DNA of 64,000 nucleotides from a virus (IMGVR_UViG_3300008259_003073), one strand, 5' to 3'; numbered from the stretch's first letter, positions 39,336 to 50,149 are shown. Program-made: numbers and translations. The notes: generated by a model not told the origin, from the letters alone.

Positions 39336-40718
39336 TTATAACTCTATTAACTTAAATTTTTTCTTTGGTTTCCAATTTTCAAATGCACCTTCCATACCAT
39401 CTGATAGTGTTTTACACATTGCTTCTCTGCTCAACAATCCATCACCTAACATCCACTTTCTTCCTTTTAATGCTGCTGCATCTCTATCTTCTTTTGGAGT
39501 TAAATACCATTCCATAATCAATGGTGATATATCTTCGAAATCAACCCTATCATCAAAAATATAAGGAGTAGGAACTGAACCCGTGGTTGAACGAACTGGC
39601 CAAATTGGTTTAACCCAATCTCCCCAAACTACACCTGCTTTTTTATGTCTATCATGTAATGAACCTATCTCTACATAATCTTCTGCGGTTAGTAATTTTC
39701 CAGTTGTAATATCTCTAAACCCACATTGGTCTTGCAATCCACCTGTTACCGTTACAATAATTGGAGTTCCTGCCATTACCGATTCTGCAGTTGCTAATCC
39801 AAATCCTTCGTTAGATGCTACGTTAATTGTTACATCTCCCAAATTATAAAGATAATTCAATTGTTCTTCTGTATATCGGTTTGGAGCGAATACTACATTT
39901 GTTTCAGATGAACAACACTCTGCTATAGTTCTCGGTAAATCCGTTCCATGCTCTTCAACTGGATTAGTGTGCATCAATAAACATACTTTACTTCTATGCT
40001 CTGGAGCTAATGCCTCCACAAATTTATCAAATGCAAGAATTACATCAATTGGTTGTTTTCTACGAATGTTTCTATTATTCCAATATAAAACAAAATCGTA
40101 TTCCTTTTCACCAAAGATTTCTTTTTTGAAATCAGCTGGTACTTCAACTGGCTTATACAAATCCGAATTGATACCATGCGGTACATAACTTACTTGCCAA
40201 TCAGCAGGTGGTGTCCAATGCTTTTCTTTATCCCATCCCCAAACTCTACGAGTAATCCCATAAGTTTGCTTTGAAATACATCCAATCCAATCACAACTTT
40301 CGTAATAATCTCTATTGTATTTTGGGTCTGGTAAATCATCCCAAATGTGATAAAAGAAAAGGGGAACTGATTGACGAATTTCATGTTCAATTTCATACAA
40401 CCAAATCCAATATCTAGGGTCAGTAAAGTGTAAGATAGCATCAGGCTTTTCTACCATCAATAATTGACGAATAATGCCTGGATTACCATAACCATCTGAT
40501 GGGTAAATTTTTACATTCGCATCTTTTACGCCAGTTTGTTCTCTAACACTTTCGTTTAAATCTAAAATCTTACCTGCTTCTGGATGTTTGATTGCTGCAC
40601 CTAATTGAACCCAATCATATTTATCAACCGTTCCCATAACTAATTGTTTGGAAACATTAGCTATACCACTCGACATTCGCAAGTCGTCCGATAATAATAA
40701 AATCTTCTTTTTTGCCAT
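39336..40718 (-). CDS. GT4-like glycosyltransferase
   Basis: SGIANV, VPHG, RNIRRK, SNEGFGL...E..MAGTPII. Confidence 0.85.
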   Translation of the reverse strand: MAKKKILLLSDDLRMSSGIANVSKQLVMGTVDKYDWVQLGAAIKHPEAGKILDLNESVREQTGVKDANVKIYPSDGYGNPGIIRQLLMVEKPDAILHFTDPRYWIWLYEIEHEIRQSVPLFFYHIWDDLPDPKYNRDYYESCDWIGCISKQTYGITRRVWGWDKEKHWTPPADWQVSYVPHGINSDLYKPVEVPADFKKEIFGEKEYDFVLYWNNRNIRRKQPIDVILAFDKFVEALAPEHRSKVCLLMHTNPVEEHGTDLPRTIAECCSSETNVVFAPNRYTEEQLNYLYNLGDVTINVASNEGFGLATAESVMAGTPIIVTVTGGLQDQCGFRDITTGKLLTAEDYVEIGSLHDRHKKAGVVWGDWVKPIWPVRSTTGSVPTPYIFDDRVDFEDISPLIMEWYLTPKEDRDAAALKGRKWMLGDGLLSREAMCKTLSDGMEGAFENWKPKKKFKLIEL

Positions 40719-40746
40719 AACTCTTTTTATAAATAATTATTGTTTT

Positions 40747-41613
40747 TTATATTTTTCCATCACAAATTCCTCTTTGTTTAAATTCACACCAATCACAAAG
40801 TTTTGATGGATATTTAGGATATTTTGAATCTACATTATATTCACCACTCTGGTCAAACACATTATTAACGAATTCAGTAAACCCTTTCCATGCCTTATTC
40901 ATAGATGGTTTACCACTAGCAGGTACGTGTCTACTGATACGAGGAATGTTATAATCTGTATTTTCGGATACCTTACGCTTTAAAATAATAAATTCTACAT
41001 CTATTATATCTTCTGATATGTTTAGTAATTCTGCGTAAAACTTTTTGTATAAAAGTAATTGAGTACTTTTAACCGAGTCTGCTTTTTGGGTTTTGGTCCA
41101 GCCTCTAGTTGAGGTTTTGAAATCCGTAATACGGTATCTACCCGTTGATTTACTTCTAACAATAAAGTCAATGAATCCTAAAAAGTTTACATTTTCTGCA
41201 ATTTTGGTATTGATTGGTTGCTCTATTGCAATCAACTCATCATCTTTTAATGAAAAAAAGTTGTTGAAATTTTTAGACTTCTGAAAGTAATCTAAAATAA
41301 GATTACCATCTTCTAAAAACTCAACTAACTCTTCTTTGGAACATATTGGATTTTGTCCTTCGTTTGATTCTTTTAAAAAGGATTCTCTCATTTTTTCTTT
41401 GAGAAACTCCTTTGTATTCATATTCTTATCTGCTTGCGATTTAGAAATACGCAAACATCTACTTAAATATTCTTGCAAAGTCTCATGCATTGCAGAACCA
41501 AATACGGTGTGGATGCTAGATGATGATTCTCTCAAACCATCTATGTAAGCCAGTTTGTATTGATGGGGACATGAAGACCACATACTGTATTGGGAAAACG
41601 AAACTCTTGCCAT
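40747..41613 (-). CDS. PD-(D/E)XK exonuclease, Cas4/AddB-like with Fe-S cysteines
   Basis: SSCPHQY, FGSAMHE, GFIDFI, ITDFKTS, QLLLY, LCDWCEF...C. Confidence 0.88.
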   Translation of the reverse strand: MARVSFSQYSMWSSCPHQYKLAYIDGLRESSSSIHTVFGSAMHETLQEYLSRCLRISKSQADKNMNTKEFLKEKMRESFLKESNEGQNPICSKEELVEFLEDGNLILDYFQKSKNFNNFFSLKDDELIAIEQPINTKIAENVNFLGFIDFIVRSKSTGRYRITDFKTSTRGWTKTQKADSVKSTQLLLYKKFYAELLNISEDIIDVEFIILKRKVSENTDYNIPRISRHVPASGKPSMNKAWKGFTEFVNNVFDQSGEYNVDSKYPKYPSKLCDWCEFKQRGICDGKI

Positions 41614-41629
41614 AGTGTGTTATTTAAAT

Positions 41630-41660
41630 ACAATATACACAATTTATTTCGTTTTTCCAA
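41630..41660 (-). promoter_or_regulatory. Bacteroidota-type promoter (TTGG-N19-TATATTGT)
   Basis: 19-nt spacer; weaker -7 match. Confidence 0.55.
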
Positions 41661-42495
41661 ATGTTTCTTCAATATAATTTTTTAATATATCAGTCCAAAT
41701 GTCACACGCTTCTAAATTTGGATGACCTGAATTTCCTTTAAAATAATGGTCACAATCATTAAATTCGGTAATACCTTTATCAAAAAAGAATTTAAGCATT
41801 GCTGGAATTTGTTTAAATATGTAATGATTACTAAATACATTATTTATTAAATTTTCATTAATGACATAACCACCTTCTCTTCTAGTAATATACCTTTCAA
41901 AATCTTCAAAATATGTTTTTATTTTAAATTCTTCATTTATGTTATCAGAATTAGATTCTTTTAGATAAAAATTTCCGTTATGCTCAAATGGTTTATGGTC
42001 ATTTATACCATCAAATATTATGTAAGGATATCCTTTTGATTCAAAATAAGAAGTTAGTGATAGTATATTTTGAAATGTTTTATATAATGCAAATGTTATG
42101 TTGTTGTATACATAAATCAATTCATCTTTATTTTTATAAATCCATTTTGATGCACCATTACCATCTTTAAAAGAATTCATATGTCTCTGAAAACATAATG
42201 GAGTTACATGCCATTCTTGTGGTGGGGTTCGCATATCATCATAATAGACATGGTATCTCAAACATTCTGTTAATTGAATAACAAATAATGAATTTTCTGC
42301 AATATCTTTTTTGATTTCGCAAAATTCTAAAGTTCTCCACGTAATGGTATCATTTCCACTACCACCTTTACCTATATTCACAACCTCTAAATTTAGTTTT
42401 TCTCCTAAAAATTTAGGCCATGCTCCTTCATTTCCTAGCATATGGCCTTCCGTAAAGGAACACCCATTTGCTACCAAATATTTTTTACCTAACAT
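41644..42495 (-). CDS. SGNH/GDSL-like hypothetical protein
   Basis: ANGCSFTEG, NIGKGGSGND, C-terminal GHP. Confidence 0.65.
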   Translation of the reverse strand: MLGKKYLVANGCSFTEGHMLGNEGAWPKFLGEKLNLEVVNIGKGGSGNDTITWRTLEFCEIKKDIAENSLFVIQLTECLRYHVYYDDMRTPPQEWHVTPLCFQRHMNSFKDGNGASKWIYKNKDELIYVYNNITFALYKTFQNILSLTSYFESKGYPYIIFDGINDHKPFEHNGNFYLKESNSDNINEEFKIKTYFEDFERYITRREGGYVINENLINNVFSNHYIFKQIPAMLKFFFDKGITEFNDCDHYFKGNSGHPNLEACDIWTDILKNYIEETFGKTK

Positions 42496-42947
42496 TAAAT
42501 CTTTAATTTTAGCTTCGTAATTTGTTTTTTATCAACGGCATATTTCTCACATACATATTTTATATGCTCTCTACCTTCTCTGGTTGCATATAGGACTTCA
42601 GCATAATCTATTGCATGTCTTTCTGAACAATCGTATTCTTTCTTAATTAAATCAACTAAAAATGATTCGTATTTTTCTTCTCCCTTTCCTTTGATGTATT
42701 TTAGATAATACTTGCCTTTGGGTATGATACTGATATACAACTTATACATTTCCCTCGGTTCTAATGTTTGAGTCAAAGGTAATATAGTTGCAATCAGTTC
42801 TACCCATTCTGGTTTCATAGAAAGAAATCTGTTAATCATAAAGTTGCTCCACGACTTAACATCTTCCTCTGTAAGTTTATCAAAATACTTTGGGTCTTGC
42901 TCCGATGTGATTGCAGCAATATGGTCAAATAGTTTTTTTCCTGCCAT
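42495..42947 (-). CDS. clamp-loader small subunit (T4 gp62-like)
   Basis: LFDHI...WSNFMINRFLS...YLKYIK...YDCS...A..Y; next to large subunit; start MAGKK. Confidence 0.7.
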   Translation of the reverse strand: MAGKKLFDHIAAITSEQDPKYFDKLTEEDVKSWSNFMINRFLSMKPEWVELIATILPLTQTLEPREMYKLYISIIPKGKYYLKYIKGKGEEKYESFLVDLIKKEYDCSERHAIDYAEVLYATREGREHIKYVCEKYAVDKKQITKLKLKI

Positions 42948-42949
42948 TA

Positions 42950-43186
42950 TTATACTATTGATGGTGGGGTGTCTCTTAATTCCAAAGGTAATAACTCTTG
43001 CAATGCTTTTCCACACTGGGTACAAAGATACATTTCAATTGGAATGATTGAATCTTGTGCATTGCCAGTCATTATTTTACTTAATTTTTTAAATCTATAT
43101 CCTGGCATAAATGTTTTATTTCCACATTCACATACCATATCTCTCGCATCATTTAGGCTGACACCATTCGGTAATCCTTGTTCCAT
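42950..43186 (-). CDS. small Zn-ribbon protein
   Basis: CECG...CTQCG. Confidence 0.75.
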   Translation of the reverse strand: MEQGLPNGVSLNDARDMVCECGNKTFMPGYRFKKLSKIMTGNAQDSIIPIEMYLCTQCGKALQELLPLELRDTPPSIV

Positions 43187-44133
43187 TATTTTATAATATT
43201 TAAAATTTGAATAATTGTACTCATAAACACTATTTCTTTATCTACTACTAATGCATCTTTGGATAATCCTTCTGCAATAGTTAAGATTACATTGGCAGTA
43301 TTACCTGCTGCGTATTCATCAACTCTACTATATAACATAGAATACATTTCCGAATAATCGTTTAATCTATTATCAGCAACTGCTTGTCTGATATTCATAA
43401 ACATATTTCTCTTATCATCATTTGCTTTTAACAAATCTACCAATTTTGTTTGGAAATTAGATTCAACCATAATTTGATGGTCTACTTTCAACTCTCCTTT
43501 TGCAGATTGTAATTGGCAAGTATTTAAGATTCTACGAATATCAGGATAATATGAACTGATAATATCAGCAACATTCTTAACATCGTATTTGATTTTTTCA
43601 GCATCTAAAATTCTAGTAACCTGAATTGCAACATCTTTCTTTGTAGGTGGTGTGATTGCAAATGTTTGGCATCTACTTTTGATTGGGTCAATAATCTTTT
43701 CGTGATAGTTACACGTTAAGATAAATCTACAATGTTTAGAGAATGTCTCCATTAAGTTACGCAAGATTGCCTGTGCGTTTGGAGTCATATAATCAAACTC
43801 ATCCAAAATGATAATCTTAAATCCTGCAAATCCCATAGAGGATGCGAAGTTCTTCACCTTATTACGAACTGTATCTACGTTGTTCTCATCCGATGCGTTG
43901 ATAATCATACTATCACATTTGATTGTATTTACAATTAGTTTTGCAAGTGTGGTTTTACCAGTTCCTGCTTTACCATGTAATAACAAATGTGGAATATCAT
44001 TATTATCCAAATACTGCTGAATGGTTTCCTTTACGGTTTCATTACCTACATATTCGGAAAGTGTTTGTGGGCGGTATTTCTCCACCCACAAACTATGCTC
44101 TCTCTTACTAATATCGTTTTGAAAAAAGCTCAT
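43186..44133 (-). CDS. clamp-loader large subunit (RFC / T4 gp44-like AAA+)
   Basis: LWVEKYRP, GKAGTGKTT, INASDE, ILDEFD, LTCNY, SRC, DIRR. Confidence 0.95.
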   Translation of the reverse strand: MSFFQNDISKREHSLWVEKYRPQTLSEYVGNETVKETIQQYLDNNDIPHLLLHGKAGTGKTTLAKLIVNTIKCDSMIINASDENNVDTVRNKVKNFASSMGFAGFKIIILDEFDYMTPNAQAILRNLMETFSKHCRFILTCNYHEKIIDPIKSRCQTFAITPPTKKDVAIQVTRILDAEKIKYDVKNVADIISSYYPDIRRILNTCQLQSAKGELKVDHQIMVESNFQTKLVDLLKANDDKRNMFMNIRQAVADNRLNDYSEMYSMLYSRVDEYAAGNTANVILTIAEGLSKDALVVDKEIVFMSTIIQILNIIK

Positions 44134-44138
44134 AATAA

Positions 44139-44444
44139 TTAGTTATTTTCTTTAGATTTTTCTCTCTCTAATTTTGATTCTTCCGAAATTGGTCTTGGGA
44201 AGATTGTGAACTGCATTCCATTTTGTTGAAAATTTAATCCTTGTCCTTCTATTGGTTGGATTCGTAATGTTAATGGTGATGGCTCTGAATTTTCATCTGA
44301 CCATGCAAACACTATAGGCTCATTATTAAAAAATTGAAAACACCATTCTACATCTGCGATTGGAGTTGCTTCAGATACACCAATAATATCTGCATCCTGA
44401 TTTTGTAATTTCTCTTCCGGAAATAATTCTAATTGCTTTTTCAT
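44139..44444 (-). CDS. hypothetical protein
   Basis: 101-aa ORF, tightly packed. Confidence 0.7.
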   Translation of the reverse strand: MKKQLELFPEEKLQNQDADIIGVSEATPIADVEWCFQFFNNEPIVFAWSDENSEPSPLTLRIQPIEGQGLNFQQNGMQFTIFPRPISEESKLEREKSKENN

Positions 44445-44482
44445 TGTATATAATTTATTTTTCGTAATTTAGTTTATTTTTT

Positions 44483-45229
44483 TTATATTTCAAAATTTTC
44501 TTTAATATATTTGTATAGATTTTTTGCGTATTCTTCATTTTGAAGTGATGTTGCATGTGTGTGACTATCTTTAAAATTTGGATAATCACCATCAAATCTA
44601 CTTTCATCGGTATATTCCGTCCCAACAAATGTACCATTCCAAATAAACGGAATTTGTTTTGATTTCAAATAATAAGTTATTAATTGGTGATTTTTATACC
44701 AATTTATAAAATCTTCTTTATCATTTGATGATGCAATTTTATTAGCCCATATCATTCTACCTTCTTTTTCTTCATCAAAATATCCCCAAGGATTTGGGTG
44801 GTATGGTTCTACATCACCATTATCTCTGTAGAATTCTCTCCTATGAGGATATGTGTACATCACCAATACTATTGATGGTTTTAATTCGTCTACCCAAGTT
44901 AAAATACTTCTGGCAATATAATCATTACTTCTACCACTTATACCCAAATTTAAATCAACACCATTTGGTATCATTCTAGATAAACAATGTGACCAAGTTT
45001 GTCTATCATGTACACCTATTCCTTCAGTGTGAGAACATCCAACTGACATTATTTTCAATCCTTTCTTTTTAGGTGAATCACCTCTAAATCCTAACTCATT
45101 GAATGTATAATAACAAGTTCCAGCATCTGAACCGTTTCCTAATAATTCTTTATTCTTTCTTTCTTTTAATAGCCACTTATAACTTGCTATATCAAATCCA
45201 TTTGGATTCCAAAATTTTAAACTTTCCAT
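44483..45229 (-). CDS. SGNH/GDSL-like hypothetical protein
   Basis: NELGFR, VGCSHTEG.G, NLGISGRSND, C-terminal HTH/HAT. Confidence 0.65.
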   Translation of the reverse strand: MESLKFWNPNGFDIASYKWLLKERKNKELLGNGSDAGTCYYTFNELGFRGDSPKKKGLKIMSVGCSHTEGIGVHDRQTWSHCLSRMIPNGVDLNLGISGRSNDYIARSILTWVDELKPSIVLVMYTYPHRREFYRDNGDVEPYHPNPWGYFDEEKEGRMIWANKIASSNDKEDFINWYKNHQLITYYLKSKQIPFIWNGTFVGTEYTDESRFDGDYPNFKDSHTHATSLQNEEYAKNLYKYIKENFEI

Positions 45230-45231
45230 AA

Positions 45232-47793
45232 TTAAAATGTAAAAAACTTTTTCGCAGTTTGTGTTTCAGTTGATGCTTTTTCCCACTTCAATGCTTTATA
45301 AAAATCATCTAATTTGTTTTCCAATTCTGCTTTGAAAATCATATCTCTATCTACATATTGTTCTACGAAGTCCATAATCTCTTTTGGGTCATTGTAATCT
45401 TTGAATGCAACTGTATCTAATCCTAATGGATTTTGCTTTAAATACACCCACTTAACCTTATCACCATCTCTAATTGGTTCGTGCTTAAACGGACAGTCAA
45501 AGAATTTCAACAATCGATTGTATGATATACCTGCTTTCACGTGTGCAGGAGTTCCTTTCTCAAAGTTAGCAATCTGTAATCCACTATCTTTTCTCCATTT
45601 ACCATTATCGTATTTACTTAATTCCTTAATGGCACCACCCTTTGCTATTTTATTAACAGGTAAAGTCATCATACTCTTTTTGAAATCCAATAACTTCTTA
45701 TCAACATAATCATTATCTTTTCCCATAAGAATATCCTTTAACATTCCGGACATATAATCCTGAAATGCTTTTGGGAATGATGAACGAACTACATCCAATC
45801 CTTTCACATCCAACTTATCACAAGGGATACCATTTTTCAAAATCATCCATTGTGCGTATCTTTTCTTTGCTACCCAAAATCCTGCTTTACTGATATATTC
45901 CTTCTTAATTTCAAATCTGTGTTTATCTTTTGGAATACAGAAGAATCTTTCCGCTAATAAATCATAAAATGAATTAAGGAATGATTGAGTTTCATCGGCT
46001 ATAATGTTGACCTCCTGTGCCATTCGGTTTTGGTCAAATGTCTTATATTCTGGATAACGATGTTTTACCAATGGTTCTGCCATCATATAAATGGAATCAG
46101 TATCGATGTATACATTATAATCTTCTTTCGTACCTAACTCCTTATTATATTTGATGTTAGCCATTTCTGCAGTTTTCTTAATTACAGTCTGACCCGTAAT
46201 CGTAACTGCCTCTGCATTATCAATATCATAGAAACGGAATGCTGGTAATCCCAATACTCCATACATTGAGTTTAGAAGAATCTTTTGTACCAACTGTCTT
46301 TTAGCATAGAATTCATACTTTTCGGTATCACCTGCTTCACCATATTGTTTTTCTAATTTACGAAATTCAACCCTCTGCTTAAACCATGTATCCAAAATAT
46401 CTGCAATCAATCCTGGTTTATCTTGATTATACAACACTCCGTTTGCAGCTACTCCTAAATTACTATCTTTGATTACATCTTTTAATTCTTCTTTGGTGTA
46501 ATCATATGTATCACCACCTGCACCTACAATCGTATACCTATCATTTCCACCTCTAACCCAATGTTCGGCATCCCAATCTTTAATCTTTCCAATTTTGGTT
46601 TCAGGTGAAATGTTTAGGGTCATAATGATTGATGGATATAGAGATGTTAAGTCCAAGTCATAAATCCAATCATACTTTCCAACAATGGGTTCTTTTACAT
46701 AAGCTCCGATAAACTTCTCTTCGTTATTATCACGAAGTGCCTGCATCTTTTCTTTCCTATCCTTCGGTTTGTTTGGTGCTACCAACCCTTTAGTTTTAAG
46801 ATATGCTAAACATGCTCCCTCCAAATACTTCGATGAAAACATATAATCTTCATACGGAACAAATCCTGCGTGGCAAATCGCTCTACATAATTCAATGAAT
46901 TGAAGTTTCTCATCCATTGATACAACCAAGTCCACATCGACAATGTTATATTCAATAAACTTCTCCAAATCATTCTCAAACAAATCATCCAAACTTCCTT
47001 CATACTCAACCTTACCTCTACCCAATTCTTTGGTAGCAATGTGATTTAGAGTATAGGATGATTCTAACCCATAGTTATAGTTCTTATAGAGATTGATATA
47101 ATCCAAAATAGATACACCCGCAAAACTCCACTTCTGTCTGTAAGGTGAATAAAAGGTTTGTCCAATCGGAGATAATCTTTTAGCATGTCCTTCCCCACAT
47201 ACATTCTTAATACGATTGTAAAGATATGGAATATCAAAGAAGTCAATGTTCCAACCTGTTAAAATAGTTGGATTGACTTCCTCATAATAATTAAGAAATG
47301 CAATTAGAAGATTTTTTTCATTATCAAAAATATGCAGTTTGACATCTCTACCATCTTTACTGAATTGTTTTGCATTGTTTTTAACTTTCCTTGCTTTATC
47401 TAATACAAATACATCGTACAATTTAGTTACACCATCATGTGATGCTATTGCAGTAATTTCATTTTGTGCAAATTGAGTATTAGGCAACCCACTAACCATT
47501 TCAACTTCTATATCAAAGGTCATTGTTCTGTTTCCTTTTGATGGAGTGTCGGAATCGTATATATCAACTAATACTCTAGTGGTTTCGGGTACATCTGATT
47601 CAAACAAATCTTCAGCTTCATCCTTTTCCCACTTTGAAATACGAGTCAATCTATCACCATGCATTGATGTATGCTGACCGTACGGGTCTTTCTTATATGC
47701 ATACTTTCGATATGGGAATGTTTGATAACCATTTTTATCATCCCATAGATGGATAAGATTTTGGGTTCTTTCGTAAAATATGTTCTGATACAT
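45232..47793 (-). CDS. polB: family B DNA polymerase (T4 gp43-like)
   Basis: Exo DIEV, GWNIDFFD, YNIVD; pol DLTSLYPS, KILLNSMYG, YIDTDS, KKRY. Confidence 0.97.
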   Translation of the reverse strand: MYQNIFYERTQNLIHLWDDKNGYQTFPYRKYAYKKDPYGQHTSMHGDRLTRISKWEKDEAEDLFESDVPETTRVLVDIYDSDTPSKGNRTMTFDIEVEMVSGLPNTQFAQNEITAIASHDGVTKLYDVFVLDKARKVKNNAKQFSKDGRDVKLHIFDNEKNLLIAFLNYYEEVNPTILTGWNIDFFDIPYLYNRIKNVCGEGHAKRLSPIGQTFYSPYRQKWSFAGVSILDYINLYKNYNYGLESSYTLNHIATKELGRGKVEYEGSLDDLFENDLEKFIEYNIVDVDLVVSMDEKLQFIELCRAICHAGFVPYEDYMFSSKYLEGACLAYLKTKGLVAPNKPKDRKEKMQALRDNNEEKFIGAYVKEPIVGKYDWIYDLDLTSLYPSIIMTLNISPETKIGKIKDWDAEHWVRGGNDRYTIVGAGGDTYDYTKEELKDVIKDSNLGVAANGVLYNQDKPGLIADILDTWFKQRVEFRKLEKQYGEAGDTEKYEFYAKRQLVQKILLNSMYGVLGLPAFRFYDIDNAEAVTITGQTVIKKTAEMANIKYNKELGTKEDYNVYIDTDSIYMMAEPLVKHRYPEYKTFDQNRMAQEVNIIADETQSFLNSFYDLLAERFFCIPKDKHRFEIKKEYISKAGFWVAKKRYAQWMILKNGIPCDKLDVKGLDVVRSSFPKAFQDYMSGMLKDILMGKDNDYVDKKLLDFKKSMMTLPVNKIAKGGAIKELSKYDNGKWRKDSGLQIANFEKGTPAHVKAGISYNRLLKFFDCPFKHEPIRDGDKVKWVYLKQNPLGLDTVAFKDYNDPKEIMDFVEQYVDRDMIFKAELENKLDDFYKALKWEKASTETQTAKKFFTF

Positions 47794-47802
47794 TTGTTAT
47801 TT

Positions 47803-49374
47803 TTAAGGTTTGTAGAAAATAAAGATTGGTTCATATTTGTAGGATGTACCACCTATTTTCATACTATTTTTCACTCCACTCAAATCAACTCCAGTCATTG
47901 GAGACATTGTCATTCTCAACTTACCTTTATACTCCATTCCTAATTCAACCAATATATCAATTGAATCTTGTTCTAAAGTAAACCACTTATCAGAACCAAC
48001 TTTAATATCGGCAATGTTCCAACAGATGTATCTATCGTTTCGTAAATACTCATACGCGGTTGTTAAAGTAGGTAGTAGGAATCCATCTCTCCAACTATCG
48101 TAGTTATTGAACTTCTTAAATGATTGAGATTCATCATCTGAATATCTCTCTCTATCAAAGTAAGGTGGTGATGTGAATACAAAATCTAGTTTACCTTTGT
48201 ATTTCTCAAATCTGGCATCTAAATGAATTATTTCAGAACCCGTTGTAAATATTTCATACGTTGATTTATGCCCCCAAAATGGATTTGCAGCTCCAGGTAC
48301 TTTACTATTAAAGAATTCACCTAAATACTCATACCTAGTCTTTTGAATTTCAGGAATAAAATTTTCAGTATTTGGGTCATTACCAATATAATGAATATTT
48401 CTATCATCCACACTCAATGCACCTAATATCCTACCACCCCAACCTGCTGATGGGTCATACACATTGATTACATCTTGCGTTTTAATGTGTTCTGTAAATC
48501 TTTGATACAGATACTTCGCAGTTAGTGGTGGAAAATTTACTGCTGCCTGTGTTCCCATACCAATACGGAATGCTGCAGTTGCTTCTGGAAAGATAGTTTG
48601 ACCAAACGGATATGTTTTAATCTGTATAGGTTGTTTTGGAATATCAACTAAATTGTCAATATTATCTCCCCAATCCGCAGTTTTAAGTGATGAGATATTC
48701 TCATACTTTAATATACCTGCTTTGTATAAATCCTTTACTTCCTGTGCAGTAATTGGTGGAGATGGAACTTTACTATCTGCCTGTGATAAACAAAATCCAT
48801 GTCCTTCTTGAACTTCACCCGCTGCCCATCTTTCAATCCATTCCTTACCACTCTGAATATGTGAGTTATGAAAATCTTTGTGATTTAAGTGTAGGGTTTT
48901 AGAAAAACGATACATACCATCTTGCCTAGTCAATCTTCGCATTTGCTTAATAAACTCTGGCAAATATGCATCATCTACAAATATATCATAAATGGATGGT
49001 TTTGGTTTATCGTATGAAGAACCACCAATACCAGTCTTATACATTGCAGGAAAAAATTGATTTACAGGAGTAGCGAATTTATTGAAGTTAAAAATTACTT
49101 CATTACCATCATCATCTCTTTCTTCAAACTTATCTACCTTATAGGTTTGTAGTTTAGAAAAGTTTTCTATGATTTCCGCTTCATCTATACCAATTCTTGG
49201 AGGTGCGTTTGTAGCTGCCCATCTTTCAACGGCAGTTTTACGAAAGAATGCCACCCACTCTCCAAATTTAGTGAATGGCATTTTCAATACATCTTCGTAT
49301 TTAAGATTTATTTCAGGCGAATAAATCCAATCGTTTCTTTCGTAAAAATACTTCTTTGTATAGTTGAAGCTCAT
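47803..49374 (-). CDS. SAM-dependent amino (N6A/N4C-type) DNA methyltransferase-fold protein with large N-terminal region
   Basis: YDPSAGWGGR (motif I), GNDPN, FTSPPYFDRERY (motif IV). Confidence 0.8.
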   Translation of the reverse strand: MSFNYTKKYFYERNDWIYSPEINLKYEDVLKMPFTKFGEWVAFFRKTAVERWAATNAPPRIGIDEAEIIENFSKLQTYKVDKFEERDDDGNEVIFNFNKFATPVNQFFPAMYKTGIGGSSYDKPKPSIYDIFVDDAYLPEFIKQMRRLTRQDGMYRFSKTLHLNHKDFHNSHIQSGKEWIERWAAGEVQEGHGFCLSQADSKVPSPPITAQEVKDLYKAGILKYENISSLKTADWGDNIDNLVDIPKQPIQIKTYPFGQTIFPEATAAFRIGMGTQAAVNFPPLTAKYLYQRFTEHIKTQDVINVYDPSAGWGGRILGALSVDDRNIHYIGNDPNTENFIPEIQKTRYEYLGEFFNSKVPGAANPFWGHKSTYEIFTTGSEIIHLDARFEKYKGKLDFVFTSPPYFDRERYSDDESQSFKKFNNYDSWRDGFLLPTLTTAYEYLRNDRYICWNIADIKVGSDKWFTLEQDSIDILVELGMEYKGKLRMTMSPMTGVDLSGVKNSMKIGGTSYKYEPIFIFYKP

Positions 49375-49375
49375 T

Positions 49376-50095
49376 TTATGCGGTTAATTGTACTTCTACC
49401 AAATAATAGTTTGCAGTGAAATCATCAATTTTGAATTCAACGTGCGCCAATCCTGAAGTAGATATTTTTAATACTACCGAAGTAGCTTCTTTGTTTGCAG
49501 AGAAAATCTCTTTGAGATACTTTGCGGAGAATGAAATAGGTTTAACTTCTTCACTATAATCTTTGTTAACTGAAAATTCAATTAGAGTTGAATTTACATT
49601 TGAATAACCTAATACAAGTTTCAATTCACTATTCTTTGTAAGAACGGTAAATGTGTCTACATCAGATAGTGCGTTTTTAGCTTTGATAAATTTGTCAATA
49701 AATTTACCATCAAATGCGATTTCAACATCAAATTCTGGTAGAGATTTCAAATCCGGAACTGATGGAATAACTGCTAAATCCGCTAATTGGAATTGAGCTT
49801 TTGTGTCATCACTTTTGATAAATAGACTTACAGCCTTTCCATCAACTTGCTGAACATCCAGTTCAACATCATCACCTACAACTGATAACAATTTTGTCAA
49901 TTGAGATGTTGTGTAAATACCTAAATTAGGTGTTGTTTGCGTGAAATTATCTAGTTGAATTTCACCTAATACCGTCTTATCATCGGAGATAAAACGAGTA
50001 ACCAATTTCCCATCTGCTGCTTTCCATGCAACCGATTCTACTAATCCTGCCAAATTGTACTTTTGGATAAATCTTGTAATTCTTGTTTTGTTCAT
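49376..50095 (-). CDS. DNA polymerase sliding clamp (gp45/PCNA-like)
   Basis: 239 aa, GIY...L..LLS, FSAKYLKEI; replisome context. Confidence 0.8.
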   Translation of the reverse strand: MNKTRITRFIQKYNLAGLVESVAWKAADGKLVTRFISDDKTVLGEIQLDNFTQTTPNLGIYTTSQLTKLLSVVGDDVELDVQQVDGKAVSLFIKSDDTKAQFQLADLAVIPSVPDLKSLPEFDVEIAFDGKFIDKFIKAKNALSDVDTFTVLTKNSELKLVLGYSNVNSTLIEFSVNKDYSEEVKPISFSAKYLKEIFSANKEATSVVLKISTSGLAHVEFKIDDFTANYYLVEVQLTA

Positions 50096-50118
50096 GTTTT
50101 TTAAAATTTAATTGTTTA

Positions 50119-50149
50119 CGAATATAATATATTTTTTTGGTATTTACAA
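50119..50149 (-). promoter_or_regulatory. Bacteroidota-type promoter (TTGT-N19-TATATTCG)
   Basis: 19-nt spacer, upstream of clamp gene. Confidence 0.65.

Noticed and set aside
40747-41613. CRISPR-Cas4 adaptation module
   Set aside because: No cas1/cas2 or repeat-spacer array in the window; solo Cas4-like exonucleases are common phage recombination genes.
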